Positions 13,801 through 25,979 are shown, numbered from the whole stretch's first letter. The stretch: 62,865 bases of DNA, filler included, from Lenisia limosa (GCA_001655205.1; 8 parts of 8 records of this genome joined end to end with filler, not necessarily neighbours in it); one strand, 5' to 3'. Notes: generated by a model from the sequence alone, not told the origin. A program made the numbers and translations.

Positions 13801-14904
13801 ATCGGCTTCAGAGAGCTCCAACACAACTTCTTCATCCTGGTGCATGATTCATTGATTTTTTATTTGAAAGTTATATTGAAAGCAATGAATAGTTAAAAAT
13901 GAACTCACTCACTTCAAACACACGGGTTTCACAATCTTCAGAGCCAACAACTAAGCCATATCCATGTTCTCTTGACACGAGAGCCATTGCTGATACCTCA
14001 TCACCTACACAATCAGCAGCTGGCACCATATATATAGTGTTACCTGTAACTGTCCAAAACTCCTCTTCTCCTGTGTATGAAAATCCCTAAAGTAAGAAGA
14101 TGAAAATCCCAAAACTAAAGAAGAAGTAGAATTGCCTACCTGGATAGTGCAATTTCCACCGACAATAACCAGGCCCTCTTTGTGACCTATCATCGGACCA
14201 ACAACCATGGCTCCAATTCCTTGGAAGAATTATATTCCCACAGAGCAATTCATAAACCAATCAAACAACCAACCATCATGGACATCTTTGAAGAAAATGT
14301 CTCGGTTCTCATGTGCGTCATAGGCTCTAGGAAAGAAGGTCAGAGGGAAGTTGAAACTACTTCAAAAGGAAATAGATAAGCCCTTTCAAACCTCAAGCAT
14401 GATCTTGTTGCAATAAGAATGGCATCACGACCTGATTCAGCATTCGGCATTGTCTTCAACGAAGTAACACGCTGATTAATGGAAAGCGTTCTACAAGGAG
14501 GTAAAAAGTAAAAACAGGAACTGGGTATCAAATTTCCCTTCATGAAAGGGGTGAAATCTTTCTGGACATTTTCTAAAATTTGCTATCCAGCTTTTCCAAG
14601 GGGTATCAAGCAGGGAGAGATACACTGACCTGAAAGTTGGTTCACCATCCGGAAGTGGGTGGGGTGAGAGAAGGGCTAGTTTTCCTCCAGTTGTTGCCCA
14701 GCAGAAAGAAGGATGCTCTCCATCATATTTACCTGATATCGTTAGCACTGGAAAACAACTTTAGAATTCTTTCATTTGCAAAAGAGTTTATGAATTTTAT
14801 GAAAATTAAAGATTCCTTCAAAGTTACTTTATACCTGTTGTAACAAGTCCTTCAAGGATCTTGTTGGGCGACTTGAATGTGAAACTTGGCACAATCGCCT
14901 GCAT
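10874..14904 (-). CDS. BBS2: BBSome subunit BBS2
   Basis: [112 protein letters not shown] match the BBS2 N- and C-terminal motifs. Confidence 0.93.
13001..13086 (-). repeat. Interspersed repeat family B, copy in a BBS2 intron
   Basis: aaggttgtatctgaccgaagccgtccacatcatcacgcttataagagatgttgaattata recurs at about 38339, 45988 (two units), 48546, 49774, 53163, 54390, 59091, 59304 and 60168. Confidence 0.85.
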
Positions 14905-15272
14905 CCTTTTTAATATATATTATAATTATAGTACCACTTCAAAAAAAGACAGGAGGGGAGGTGAGGAAGAAGGTGGTTTTTACATTACCCGTTTTCTCCA
15001 GGATTCATCTAATCCTTAATATTTTTTTTCAAGTGGTTCTGCAAGCGGTTTTTTTAGTTTTTGCTCAGAATCTATACGAGTTCAGAGCAGTAGGGGAGGA
15101 AAGCGATTGGAGAGCGGAGGAGTGGCTAATTTTTCCTGCATTCTCCTCGGCTCCGTCAGGCTCAATTTCCAAGCCAAAATTCGAAAAACAACTCGCGAAC
15201 AAAAGAAATATATATCATTTTTACAGTTCGAATAGTCATGTTGATACTGTGATTATTGAATTCAAAAGAGAT

Positions 15273-17130
15273 ATGGCTAATTCTACTCCTCCTCATTCTC
15301 ATATTCTTATGGATGAGTTTAGTTTAGGGGAAGAAGCGTGCTCTGAGGAACCACTTGTGGATGCAGAGTATTCTGACGAAGAATATTGGAGTGAATATGA
15401 AAGCACTGACGAAGATGAATATGAACCTCTCAACAACTGTGAACTAGAGGCTCTTGCTCTTATAACTGACTGGGTTGAGAACAATGTTGACAGTTTTTCC
15501 AATAAGGAAGCAAAACGTTGGTTGCCAAATCACTCTCTTCTCTTATTGTCAATCTATGCTATTCGCTAATCCCTTTAGTTGAGTATTTTTTTTTTACATT
15601 GTTCTGTTTTCAACAGGATGTACCCTAAATCTTTCCTTTCATTGACCCACCAGTTCGTCTTGGCCCTGCTCTTGATAACAGAATGGAGTGGGATACCCTT
15701 GTTGATCGTGGGGTAATTCATGGAGATAACAGGCAATCTAACTCGTAAGGGGGGGGGGGGATCAATTCTTTGAAAGACCAGGTCGTTGTGTGTTCTTGAT
15801 ACATGTTTTTGAGTTATTCTAACTTTTACTGATAGACTCGTGAACGAAGCCTCAAAGCAGCTTGCAACTCTTTCTTTGAGACCAAGTCGAGCACAGATGG
15901 AGTCTAGCCACATTCTTCAAACGAGTATGCCGAAAACCATCTTTTCGTTGAATATAATAATTGAGGTGGCTACGGGCGGAGGGTTGTCATTTAACGTGTA
16001 TGGCAAGTTAGAAGAGTTAACTATATTTCCGTTGTATCATGCCTCATTTCATTGGGGATATTTCACTTCGGCAGATTCGTCAGTTTCGCCAAAAATTGCA
16101 GCCAGCATTCTTTCCATTGCATTTCAGAATGTGAGGCTCTCGGTCGCTTCGCAGCTCAAAGCCAGACCAGGCAAAGAATCATTGCCCACAACTATTATTG
16201 ATGGTAAGTTGAGAAAATGGAACTCTCAAGTGAATATCTTATGTTTTGTTAAATTACCCCTTGTAAGCATTGTGTCCATGCTTGGTCCGCTGCCAATCGG
16301 CAAAACTATGTTTTGTCAATCTAAGTTGATAGTGATAATTTTCCACTTGGCTTGTTTCAGGATGGAGTATATATAGTTTTTGCACAAGTAATATTCATTG
16401 TTCCTCTTCCCCTTCCGCAACTGAGGTGCGTTTTGTAACCCTATAGCCAACTCGCACCGTGTGTCGCCAACTTACCTCGAGGCACGAAGACAGCTTCATG
16501 CCAAGCGCACAACAAAGCACTTAGCACTAAGACTGAAGTCGAGGGATTACAAGGCACTCAAGGACAAAAACATTATCAAAGGTAGCAACAATTGTTCTTA
16601 TATCGCTGTTTTGATTCCCAATTTTATTTTGAAAAGGGACAAACCAAAACGTTTCCAACATGAAGCGAAGTCTTGATCGCCACACCACCGCCACAGTTGT
16701 TGCAACAAATTTAATGCACCGACAACCTCCAGGGGCGTTGGTCAAGAAAAACGTTCTCCGGAGTGGGAGGGGGTTATTGTCTGGGGAGTCTCTATTGTCC
16801 GAACTGGCAAAATCTCTCTTGCTTTTGCAATTAAGTGGGGTATTAAAGCTGATTAAAAAAGTCACAAGTAACACCCTTTAGAAGAAGACCTTTTGTTCAA
16901 CCCCCCATCCCCGGAAATCCAGCCCATTCNNNNNNNNNNNNNNNNNNNNNNNNNNNNNNNNNNNNNNNNNNNNNNNNNNNNNNNNNNNNNNNNNNNNNNN
17001 NNNNCTTGACAGGCGACAGCCCTCCCGAATTCTCCGTCGGAACAATATCGTACGAGGAAATGCTCTCTCATTGTCATGTTTTACATCTTTCTTCAAGTAC
17101 AATAGCTTGAAGAATATCAAGTACTAACAT
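15273..17130 (+). CDS. Hypothetical protein with acidic N-terminus and 2-3 C-terminal RPEL-like repeats
   Basis: SLDRHTTATVVATNLMHRQPPGALVKKNVL aligns without gaps to the RPEL pattern (L..R...A..L...I..R..P..LV.KNIL); a second copy QLHAKRTTKHLALRLKSRDYKALKDKNII; exon structure only partly resolved. Confidence 0.5.
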
Positions 17131-17804
17131 ACTGACTGTGTAAAAATGAGAAATAATAAAGGGGCTATCTGGTCAAAACCGTCGTCTACACCATCACATT
17201 TCGAAGAGATTGATACTGACTAATTCCCAATCATTTACTCCGGCATACTCAGGTTTATGAATAAGAGAGCGTTTATGCAAGCACGTAGAAGTACTAATTG
17301 GATAACTCTTTCTGTCTTTTTGTTGAAGACGGGTTTTATGTTGGTGATAAATAAATAAGCATATTAAAGTTATTGTACATGGGAATCCGTCTTAAGAATA
17401 GTTAGACGTAAGACGTAGGATTTACCCCATTTCTTACGTGCTTTTCCAAAAGTTATTAGTATTTTTCAACAGCGCTTATCTGTTGCAGTATTTACTTAAT
17501 ATATACAGCTCATCTTTTCAAAACGGTAAAGCAAGGTTTTGAGAAAAAAATCATGTTTTGCATTAACGCTCTGCTTGGAATTCCTTGTTTGCTTACGAAT
17601 ATGCTCTTTTCAAGAACGCTTTCTCAAAAATATATGATTTATTTAGGAGTCACAACCTCCGATTCTTGGTTTTTTGTCCTCTCTTGAAGAAAAGGTAAAG
17701 GGAAATGCTTTTTTTCCCCTCCTGATGTGTTGTATTTGATACCCTGTTACGTTTTTAGCTTTCCCATCGGTCAACCTTGGAAAACCTTCTCTCAAGGAAT
17801 ATTC

Positions 17805-19490
17805 TTAAGGACAAACGAATGGCTCATATCCTTCAACCTCTTGCTTTGCAGCTTGTTGCCCACCAGAAAAAGGACAAAGCAAAACGACAAGTTGAAGGAG
17901 GTTTGAGGCAGAAATGACAGTTGTTCTTGGAATGGGGTGGGGTGGGGGCGTTGACATAAATAATAACTCTATTAGTGTACCCTCTCTCCTCAAGCAATAG
18001 ATCAAGTACAAGCAGTCTCCCTTCTTAATCCCACGCATTACAAATCAATCATGGTACACCAAGAGCATCCTATTTGCATTGCAGGGCTCAATTTCTTATT
18101 CTATTATGTCTGTTTTTTCATGTTCGTTTCCAATGCTCTATTTGTTTGTATTACTGTTTAATACACATAATTATTTATTATGTTTTGAATGATTCCATAC
18201 AGGCCTGCCACAGCAACATTATTAAAAAAAAAACACGGTTAGTTGAGACTATAACTGACTTGATTCTCTTCCCGTGTCGATCTCAAGATCTGCTTCAACA
18301 TCCGCAACGCTTGGGACATAGTCTAAGAGAATGGGTGATGTGTAAATATGGCTGGCAATATACTCCACCAACGTAATCCTTGGCGAACGCAAGAGGCTAA
18401 ATGGGATATTTCGCGACGAAGTGACGGATTAATGGGATTCCTCCCAAGGTGTACTTCCTATTTGTTAGGAACCAACATAAGCACCAAACCTTTATTGTGC
18501 TGTTCGTTCGAAGTCCATCCCTAATGTGATGACAATCAACGGAAAAGGGGCTCAAAGAAACCAAACCAACAAAATATAGTGAGCACCTTCGTCAGTTATG
18601 TCATTCTCATCGAGGTACAGAACTGAGAGACTTCGATTATAACGCATCTGAAGATAAAACAAAATACTAATTATACACTATTATTAACTATATGATAGGC
18701 AGAGAGGCCCTGAACATTGATAATACCAAAGAGATAACATGTAACATAGTGTATATGATATCATATACATAATATATTATAGCTAGCTATATGTATATAT
18801 CATATATCATATGTATTATGTAGTATGTTTATATCAAGCGTCTTTCAACTAAATTTTAATTCTGATATGCGACAATAATCGATAAAAAGTAGTCCTACCG
18901 CTGAACTAATAGCTTTTGCACCTTCATCACCAAGACGATTTTTGTAGAGGTTCAAAGTGCGTATAGTTTTGTTGAATTTTAACATTGACGCCATTGCATG
19001 GCTTCCAGTAATGCCAATGTTATTTCCCGACTATCCAATGAGAAAAGAAAACATATGAGTAATAGGATGCATTGAATATATTGATTTTGAAGCACGGGGA
19101 GAATACAGATTTTTTTAATTATGATTCCATCTTACCAAGTCCACTAGAATGATGCTGGTGTTGGATTGAAGGGTTTTAGCAAGCATTTGTGCACCAGCGA
19201 TATCAATATCATTGAATCCAAGATGTAGTTCCGTCTATTTGCTGTAAGTGGTATAGAACTACTCTGCGTCCTACCATGCTGGCATATTTTTCTTGAATTT
19301 TAGCACGCTGGTGAACATTATCCATATTGCTTGGTTCACAAGTATTCAGTCCTAAAAGATTCACAAACTAATACAACTGTATGAAGACTATTTCCTCCAG
19401 GTGAAGATAGTAGCAATGTTTTCATGGAATGCTGGGATAGAAAACGGTGAGATGGTAACTCACTAAAGACAAGGATGATAACAGCCCCCA
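17805..19490 (-). CDS. Ribonuclease-inhibitor-type (NLRC3-like) leucine-rich repeat protein, 5' truncated
   Basis: Exons TELHLGFNDIDIAGAQMLAKTLQSNTSI, SGNNIGITGSHAMASMLKFNKTIRTLNLYKNRLGDEGAKAIS, YNRSLSVLYLDENDITDEGA; cut by the contig linker; 3' end uncertain. Confidence 0.8.
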
Positions 19491-19551
19491 AGGCACACCC
19501 CCTCCCCNNNNNNNNNNNNNNNNNNNNNNNNNNNNNNNNNNNNNNNNNNNN

Positions 19552-19563
19552 TTAATTAATTAA
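19552..19563. other. Artificial contig linker TTAATTAATTAA between N runs
   Basis: Identical 12-mer with stops in all six frames, also at 32226, 46696, 48881, 55240, 59248 and 61282, always embedded in similar-length N runs. Confidence 0.95.
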
Positions 19564-19779
19564 NNNNNNNNNNNNNNNNNNNNNNNNNNNNNNNNNNNNN
19601 NNNNNNNGTTTCCAACACCAACCTATATTATGTATAGATATAGTATATATATTGTCAAAATCTTGAATATTTCGAAAGTATTACTATATTGACTATTTAG
19701 GCGTTTACGTTATCAAGCTCACAAAATCACACTGTACAGTCACTCATCTCGTTCGCTATCGGGCATTCAATGTCCAAGC

Positions 19780-20430
19780 TGAACCTTCCAGGGGCTGAAG
19801 ACACTATCAGTGAGTTTGGAGGGGTATTCTGACTTTGTCATCCCTGCGCTTGAGTATTTTTTTAAAATAATCGCTGATATTCTAGAATCTGCATACCAAC
19901 CAATCCCCGACTTATCCAAGTCCACCACTGTCACTAGAGTGATGCCTCTCATCCGATCTGGAAATACTGCCTTATTTCAAATTGCAATGAAGTATTTTGT
20001 ACCTCTCTTTGCTGGGCTGAGAAAGTTGAATAGTATTTATTTATTTGGCACGTCAACGTCAATCTCTGTTTGAAAACTTTGATTGGTTTGAAACGTTCTT
20101 CGCCAAAGGAGGTTGCATTGCTGTTGGCCTCAATGACCATTCAGCTGGCATCTGGTTTATTTGCTTCGTATTAACAAACAGGGATTTGCATTGCAACAGA
20201 CAGCTTCGTGGAGTTTAATTATGATTTCATGAAGTCTCTTGCATCATCATTTTCTGGTGTGAGGGATAAATTGGCCACACCTGTTGGAATATATTACTCC
20301 TGCATGGCAGATATTTGTGGTCTTGCATAGGGACTTGCTTGCTATTGTGGCAAGGTAAGGTTCTTGATGGATTGCAAGGCGAATGGGTTGAAGGCTGACG
20401 ATGATTTTGTTGAGCTCAGTGAATAAAAGA
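19780..20430 (+). CDS. Hypothetical protein fragment (helical)
   Basis: 87-aa open frame plus downstream exons bounded by short GT-AG introns; no family recognised. Confidence 0.35.
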
Positions 20431-20789
20431 TGTTGGGTAGAGTCTTTCTTTTTTTTTCCTGAAAAGGTTTCAATGAAAAGTTCTTTTCAGCCACCATTTG
20501 TCCAATTTCTGACTAACCATTATTGTATTATATGAATACTTAGAGCTATAATAAGTATGATATATATTATTATACTATTTAAAATGGAAGACAAAATTCA
20601 TGTGTATGTCGTGGTGGTGTAACTATAATGTAGCATTGAAATATTATTCATTACATTTACTATGTTGTAGGTAAATATGGCACTTACCAAACATTAAACT
20701 CCAGAATTTGTTTAACAAAAACCATAAATATTGAAAGTGCTTCAGGAGGTCAATAATGTACCTCAAAAAACAAAAGGAAACACGAGGCA

Positions 20790-21113
20790 ATGGCACAGCC
20801 AGACCTTTATCGAATAACAGCCACTGAAACAACCCGCAACACAACACGTAGGCTAGGAGTCAAAGCTCGATTTGCTAGCGAATATCTCCGTTGTTTTTCC
20901 TGTCTTTTCCAACGCCCACAACTTATTTACCCCCCTCAAGATGCTGAGGCTGAGATCACCGTCTAAGATGACCCCGAGGTTAATAAGGAGTTCACCGCTC
21001 AAGAAGTGTTCGACATCACCAAGACCGCTCTTATTGTTGATGCTGAGAAGCGGGAAGAAAAGGAGGCTGAGTTTGGCACCTACCACTGTTGGACGATGAC
21101 ACGGATTGGTTAA
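20790..21113 (+). pseudogene. Codon-biased ORF interrupted by one in-frame TAA (20964-20966)
   Basis: ...DAEAEITV*DDPEVNKEFTAQEVFDITKTALIVDAEKREEKEAEFGTYHCW; the codon bias resembles RPS7 on both sides of the stop. Confidence 0.4.
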
Positions 21114-21299
21114 TGGTAGTTTATTTCTTATGTTTATTTCTTATGTTTGTTTCTTTTTATTTCTGATTTCAAATAATAGAACATTTCATTGTCCCTGATT
21201 TCATAAAGGTATCCGCAATGATTAGTTGAGAAAGGCTGCATTTAGCAAAAAGTTTGTCTGACATAAGCAGTCACAGACGAAGGAAGAACCTTTTTACCC

Positions 21300-22100
21300 A
21301 AAATACCAAAGTACAGAAGTGTAAGCAGGCGTAAATTGTGGCAGTGAAAACTTCCCCGGTCCAACCGAGAAAGCGGATAAGTGAACTAGAGTAGCTCATC
21401 AAGTCACTCCAAGAAAGTTTCGTTGATATTGGATCATTTATGTCTTACATTAACGCAAACAAAGTTCCATTAGGGGTTGTTTACCTTGGTATCAGAGAAA
21501 GGAGGTAACATCTCGAAATGTGTCATTATCTGTCATGTATAAGATGTTGAAATATAAATAAATCATTCAATTGAGATAAAAAGTCACCACAAACCAGTAA
21601 TAGTATCGAACTCGAGGTCAAAAAGGGCAAAATAATGTAAAGTTCGAGCACATTGTTAGTTGGTGCTGTATACAAAAGCCAATCATTCTCTCAGCGAGTC
21701 AGTAATGGCTTTGATGACAAACCGTTTGGACACATACCTAGACACGAGGAGCAGTTTCACGTGTGAAATGGTCATGCTTCCTCCCAACTCCCTGTATCCT
21801 CTTCAGATACCCCCACATGTAATTAGGGCTTCACTTCGGTTCGAAAAGTCCGGAAAATATCGATACAAGGATTTATCGAGAACGTATACAGACTTGGCAA
21901 GCTGAGGGTATTCCCTCACAAACTCGCGGATGGGGAACTTTGTTTGAGAGGCTGGCAAGAACACTAACCATTGAATACGATATGTACTTTAAAATGTATT
22001 AAAAACCCGCAAGCAAACCGAGTAGCAATTGTCCACCTAAACTGGACCTTCCGAGCTTCCGTTAACTGTCCGTAATACTGTTCTTAGTGAAAAAAAAACA
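21300..22100 (-). CDS. Hypothetical multi-exon protein with a C-terminal hydrophobic segment
   Basis: Exons YYGQLTEARKVQFRWTIATR, TYRIQWLVFLPASQTKFPIREFVREYPQLAK and ...FTATIYACLHFCTLVFWVKRFF; one intron holds a MITE-A fragment. Confidence 0.45.
21824..21890. mobile_element. MITE-A, 5' half
   Basis: tagggcttcacttcggttcgaaaag...ggatttatcgagaa; truncated. Confidence 0.8.
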
Positions 22101-22183
22101 GTCAATCGCGCCTTCGACACAACATTTGACACAACATGTTTGTCAAATAAAGGAATTAATTGCTCTAAATGCATTAATGAAGT

Positions 22184-22865
22184 TCAATGACCAGAAGGGT
22201 CGGCCATCCTCTCAATAGTGTATTTGTGATTTTGAATTGATAAAATGGGAACACCAGGGATCTAAATCATTACAAACTCAGTCACTTTTCTTAATCTTCT
22301 TTTTAATTCCCGATCACATGTTGCCACAATAAAGCATCTAAACTGTGATTGTTGTTTGTAAGCCCGTAAGTAACTCCTACCGCAGAAACTCTTTCAATAA
22401 GACAATCATCAGCATAAGTGCCAGGGTGACAACATGCAAGGCGTGTGAATCTTGGATCTTTTGCAACTCAAATTAGTTTTTTTAAAAAAAACCTTAAAGC
22501 AATTTTAAATTGCCTTCCTAGTTTTTCTAATTCAGCAAGAACACAGTCAGTGATACAAGGTATACCTGAAGTTACAATAAACAAGCAACATTGTGCAACA
22601 AGGCAATCCATACAACTCTGAACAATTTCAAGTTTAGATTTTAACGAAAAATTAATGAAATTAGTATCGATTAAAATGCGATAAGGTGGACCCAGAGCGG
22701 AATTATACTTAAAGAATAAGGATGAATTGGCTTGTTGACACGATTGATATAAAGAAAGTACTTATAAGAGAGTTTTAATGCCAAAATAGGTGTGCTGACT
22801 TTTTTTGATTGAATTGACAAAAATTTTTTCTGAACAAATTTTCTGGTTTTTTTGACTTTTGTCAT
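22184..22865 (-). CDS. FCF1: rRNA-processing PIN nuclease Fcf1/Utp24
   Basis: [92 protein letters not shown]. Confidence 0.95.
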
Positions 22866-23804
22866 GCTGCAACTGGAATTCTTGAGGAACAAACAAGGAA
22901 CAAAGGAACAAATTTTGGAACAAAGCTGGATATGACCCTGGTGCCGGGCTGGCGTCGAAAATGATCGGGGCACCTCAAATAGACATGGGGGGTCTATACA
23001 ACGTTTTTAGAATAATAAAGAAGCTAAGAACATAGGGAAGCCCCTTTCTGAGAACATCACTTGAACCTCTCAGTGATTAAGCCCTTCTTTCGCAGTTCCT
23101 TGTCGATAGACTCCAGATGTACATAACATCCGGGAATTCCAACGTTTTCAGAATCCCAAATCATTGCGCCGTAGAGATGCCCCTAAAGGAATTACCTTTT
23201 TCAAGATAGGTTTGCTGTTGATAATGTTCACAGAGCTTCTTTTACAAATCGAGGTTTTTCGTTTTTTCGAATTGTGACCGAAAGTGAAGCTACCCAGGTT
23301 CTGAGAGTCAATTGGGGTATCGATGAAACGTTACAGTAGTAAATGAGAAAGTGATGGAGATTACNNNNNNNNNNGACTACAGTTCTTCTAGACGTTTTGT
23401 TACCAAACTGTTATTAAATATCATAGATACATATGAGTAATGAAAACGATTCAGTGGCATTTACGAACTTTCTATTATCGATTTGAATAATAACTACAAC
23501 CATAGCAACATAAATAGTTAGTTTTTGAGGCTTCTTTCACTTCTTCCATTCTGCCTCCATCACCACCTGTTGATTTATGAGTGCCTTTTCAGAAAAAAAT
23601 CTCTGAGCAGGTTTTTTTTTGAAGATGGTTTTCACTACCTAATCGTATGNNNNNNNNNNAAAAAATTCCGCCATTGCTACTTGCGGTTTTTTGTTATTAG
23701 GTTTTTTGCTACTTGCGGTTTTTCGTTATTGGGTTTGTTCATCCGCGGGCGGGACCCTTTGGTCTAATGACTTTGGGGATGACTACATGGGGTTGTTTTG
23801 GTAG

Positions 23805-23911
23805 ACAAATCAACCAGTTCACTTACCGCCCAAGATTGGAAGACTGTACGTGTGTTTGTGTCGTCAACCTTCACAGACATGCATTCTGAGAGAGAAATCT
23901 TGCTGAAAACA
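23805..23911 (+). CDS. Isolated DUF4062-like exon (TEP1/NWD-type N-terminal domain)
   Basis: WKTVRVFVSSTFTDMHSEREILLKT bounded by AG and GT; a G run and 10-N gap follow, with no continuation seen. Confidence 0.6.
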
Positions 23912-24290
23912 GTGGGGAGGGGGGGGGGGGTNNNNNNNNNNTAGGTCGAAAGACTTGCTTATGTGTGAAGACCGCTGATGAGAAGACTCAACTATCTGTG
24001 AATTTTCATCCTTTGCATTCTCTTCCACTTAATTTCCTTTTTATTCACCTATTCACTTTATCTAGTTGTGTTTAAGCAAGGAGAAGGGACGAAGGCTGGG
24101 ACGGAAGAAGAAACGCCAAGAATCCAAGGCGGCTAGAATCCCCATGTTACCATCATTTAAAAGGTAAAACGCAAAATAACCAAATAACCCGGTAATAACC
24201 CTATTTTGTTTATTTTTATTATATATTGTGCTGGTAAAGTGCTGCTGTGCTGGTGAGTGAACAAGAGCCTTCTCAAACAAAAACGGGTTT

Positions 24291-25052
24291 ATGGGACTAT
24301 TTGGTAAAAGTTCCGAAGAAAAGAAGCAGAAGAAACTTAAGAAGAAGAAAGTCAAAGAAGAGAAGAAACAAGAGAAGAAGGAGGCCAAGGAAGAGAAACT
24401 TGGTTGTGGAAGCAGCAAGAACAAATCCTCACAGTCTGCCAATGTCAATGAGCTCCAAAAACTTGGAGAACCTGTGGTGGATGAAACAAAGCCAACTACA
24501 AAGCCTGAAGCCGAAAAGCCAAAGCAGGCAGCCAAGCCAGCCGTTACCCTCGCTGCTGTCGCTGCCGGTTTGTGTTTAATGTTGGTGAACAAAACAATCA
24601 AAATTTCCTACTACCACCGTTTTAAAAAATTCTCGTAATGTTTAAACATCTTTTCCGCTGAACTTTTCTTGAAGCAACATGGCCACGTAGGTCATTTCAA
24701 GAAAATGCCTATGGGTTTGTTGAACAATTGAGTCAGAATATTTTGTGGCTTTTGGAAAAGAAAACAAGAGCCCCGTTGAATTGCTTAAAATAAAGGGATC
24801 CCACTAATAGGAGTTCGAATCTGAATTAGCCGAGCTTAAGAAGGCGAACTGTGCTGAAGAGGAGAGGAAGGCTAAGTCGAATGCTGTGAAGAGCGACATG
24901 GGACTGAAGCTGTTCGAAGCTGTCGAGGAGAGTATGAGGAGGTGCATGTCGATGGAGGAGGGAGGAGGTAAGAGCTGCTCTGAGCGTCAAACAGAACGTA
25001 GGAAAACGGGAGCGGTTGCAGAAGTGGCCAGTGTCCTGGAAAGCCTACACTA
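24291..25052 (+). CDS. Hypothetical Lys/Glu-rich protein
   Basis: First exon MGLFGKSSEEKKQKK...LGCGSSKNKSS...; downstream exons are tentative. Confidence 0.45.
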
Positions 25053-25979
25053 ACAACTGACTGACCCCGCCCCCAGCCTGTGTAAGGGGAAAAGTGCAAC
25101 AGGAGTCAAAGCTCGACGAGGGAGTCGGAGTAGCTCTACAAGTGATCAGTGTCCTGAAAGGCCAGGTACACTATTACCTCCACTCTCTCTCTTTCTCGCA
25201 CGCAGAAGTGCCCTAGGCCCCCTCCCCGCAACCCTAAAACCCCTCCATCTCGCGATCCCCAATAACCTCCTCGGTCAAGCGAGCCCAAGACAGATAGGGA
25301 TAAAAGTTCCATATGCGGGCACCTGGAGACAAAATGAGCTAGTCCGACTCTGCTAAAAAAGCTCTATCAACAGATAGGGGCAGCATTTAGAGTGGCAACC
25401 GACCTGACCAATGGAATGGTCCGTTTGGGAAACAGATACTTCGGACCGGGACTAGACTCTATGAAAAGAGGACGAGACGGTCCATGCTATAGCGAAATGC
25501 GCAAGAGAAGAACGAAGATTAGAAAAAGGGCAGAGAACGACGTACGAATGATCCTGGAGAACTCTAAGTCGAAGGAAACCAAGCCCGAAGAACTTGGTTT
25601 CTCAGTGTAGACTGGCCATTCTGGGAAGTCCCCCCGGAAGAGAGCTCGAGCAGTGACGCCCCCCAAGAGAGACAAAAAGTTCAGCTTTTCAAAAGAAATG
25701 AACAGCATCACTCTCAGTGCCGGAATTGTAGCTGACCTGAACCCTAGTTTAAAATTGAGAGAAAAAGCCCTTAAAGACATCCCAAAGGTACTCCTAAGGA
25801 TGTCAAAGGAGATGTGGGAGGGGGCTCAGAGAGAGGACACCACCAGAGAAACGTACTGCATCGTTAGGATGAGCAGCAGCATCCAACGACTCCTAAAGCA
25901 TGCAACTGAGATGGCAAGCGAAATGAACAGAGACGAAGAAGACAAGAAGGAGGAGGAAGAGGGAACAGGCTTCCCTTAA
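25050..25979 (+). pseudogene. Degenerate intronless purine-rich ORF, possibly a decayed mobile-element ORF
   Basis: ORFs 25392-25610 and 25653-25979 share a frame, separated by one TAG; upstream frames stay open past isolated stops; no splice signals; higher GC than the flanks. Confidence 0.4.

Noticed and set aside
20853-21086. Minus-strand ORF, and similar track ORFs at 24062-24601, 35584-35892 and 43213-43497
   Set aside because: Antisense shadows of codon-biased or low-complexity exons on the opposite strand.
23184-23196. Apparent 13-nt intron (GTAATTCCTTTAG, minus strand)
   Set aside because: An upstream donor gives an ordinary 49-nt intron in the same phase, and the protein fragment is unidentified.
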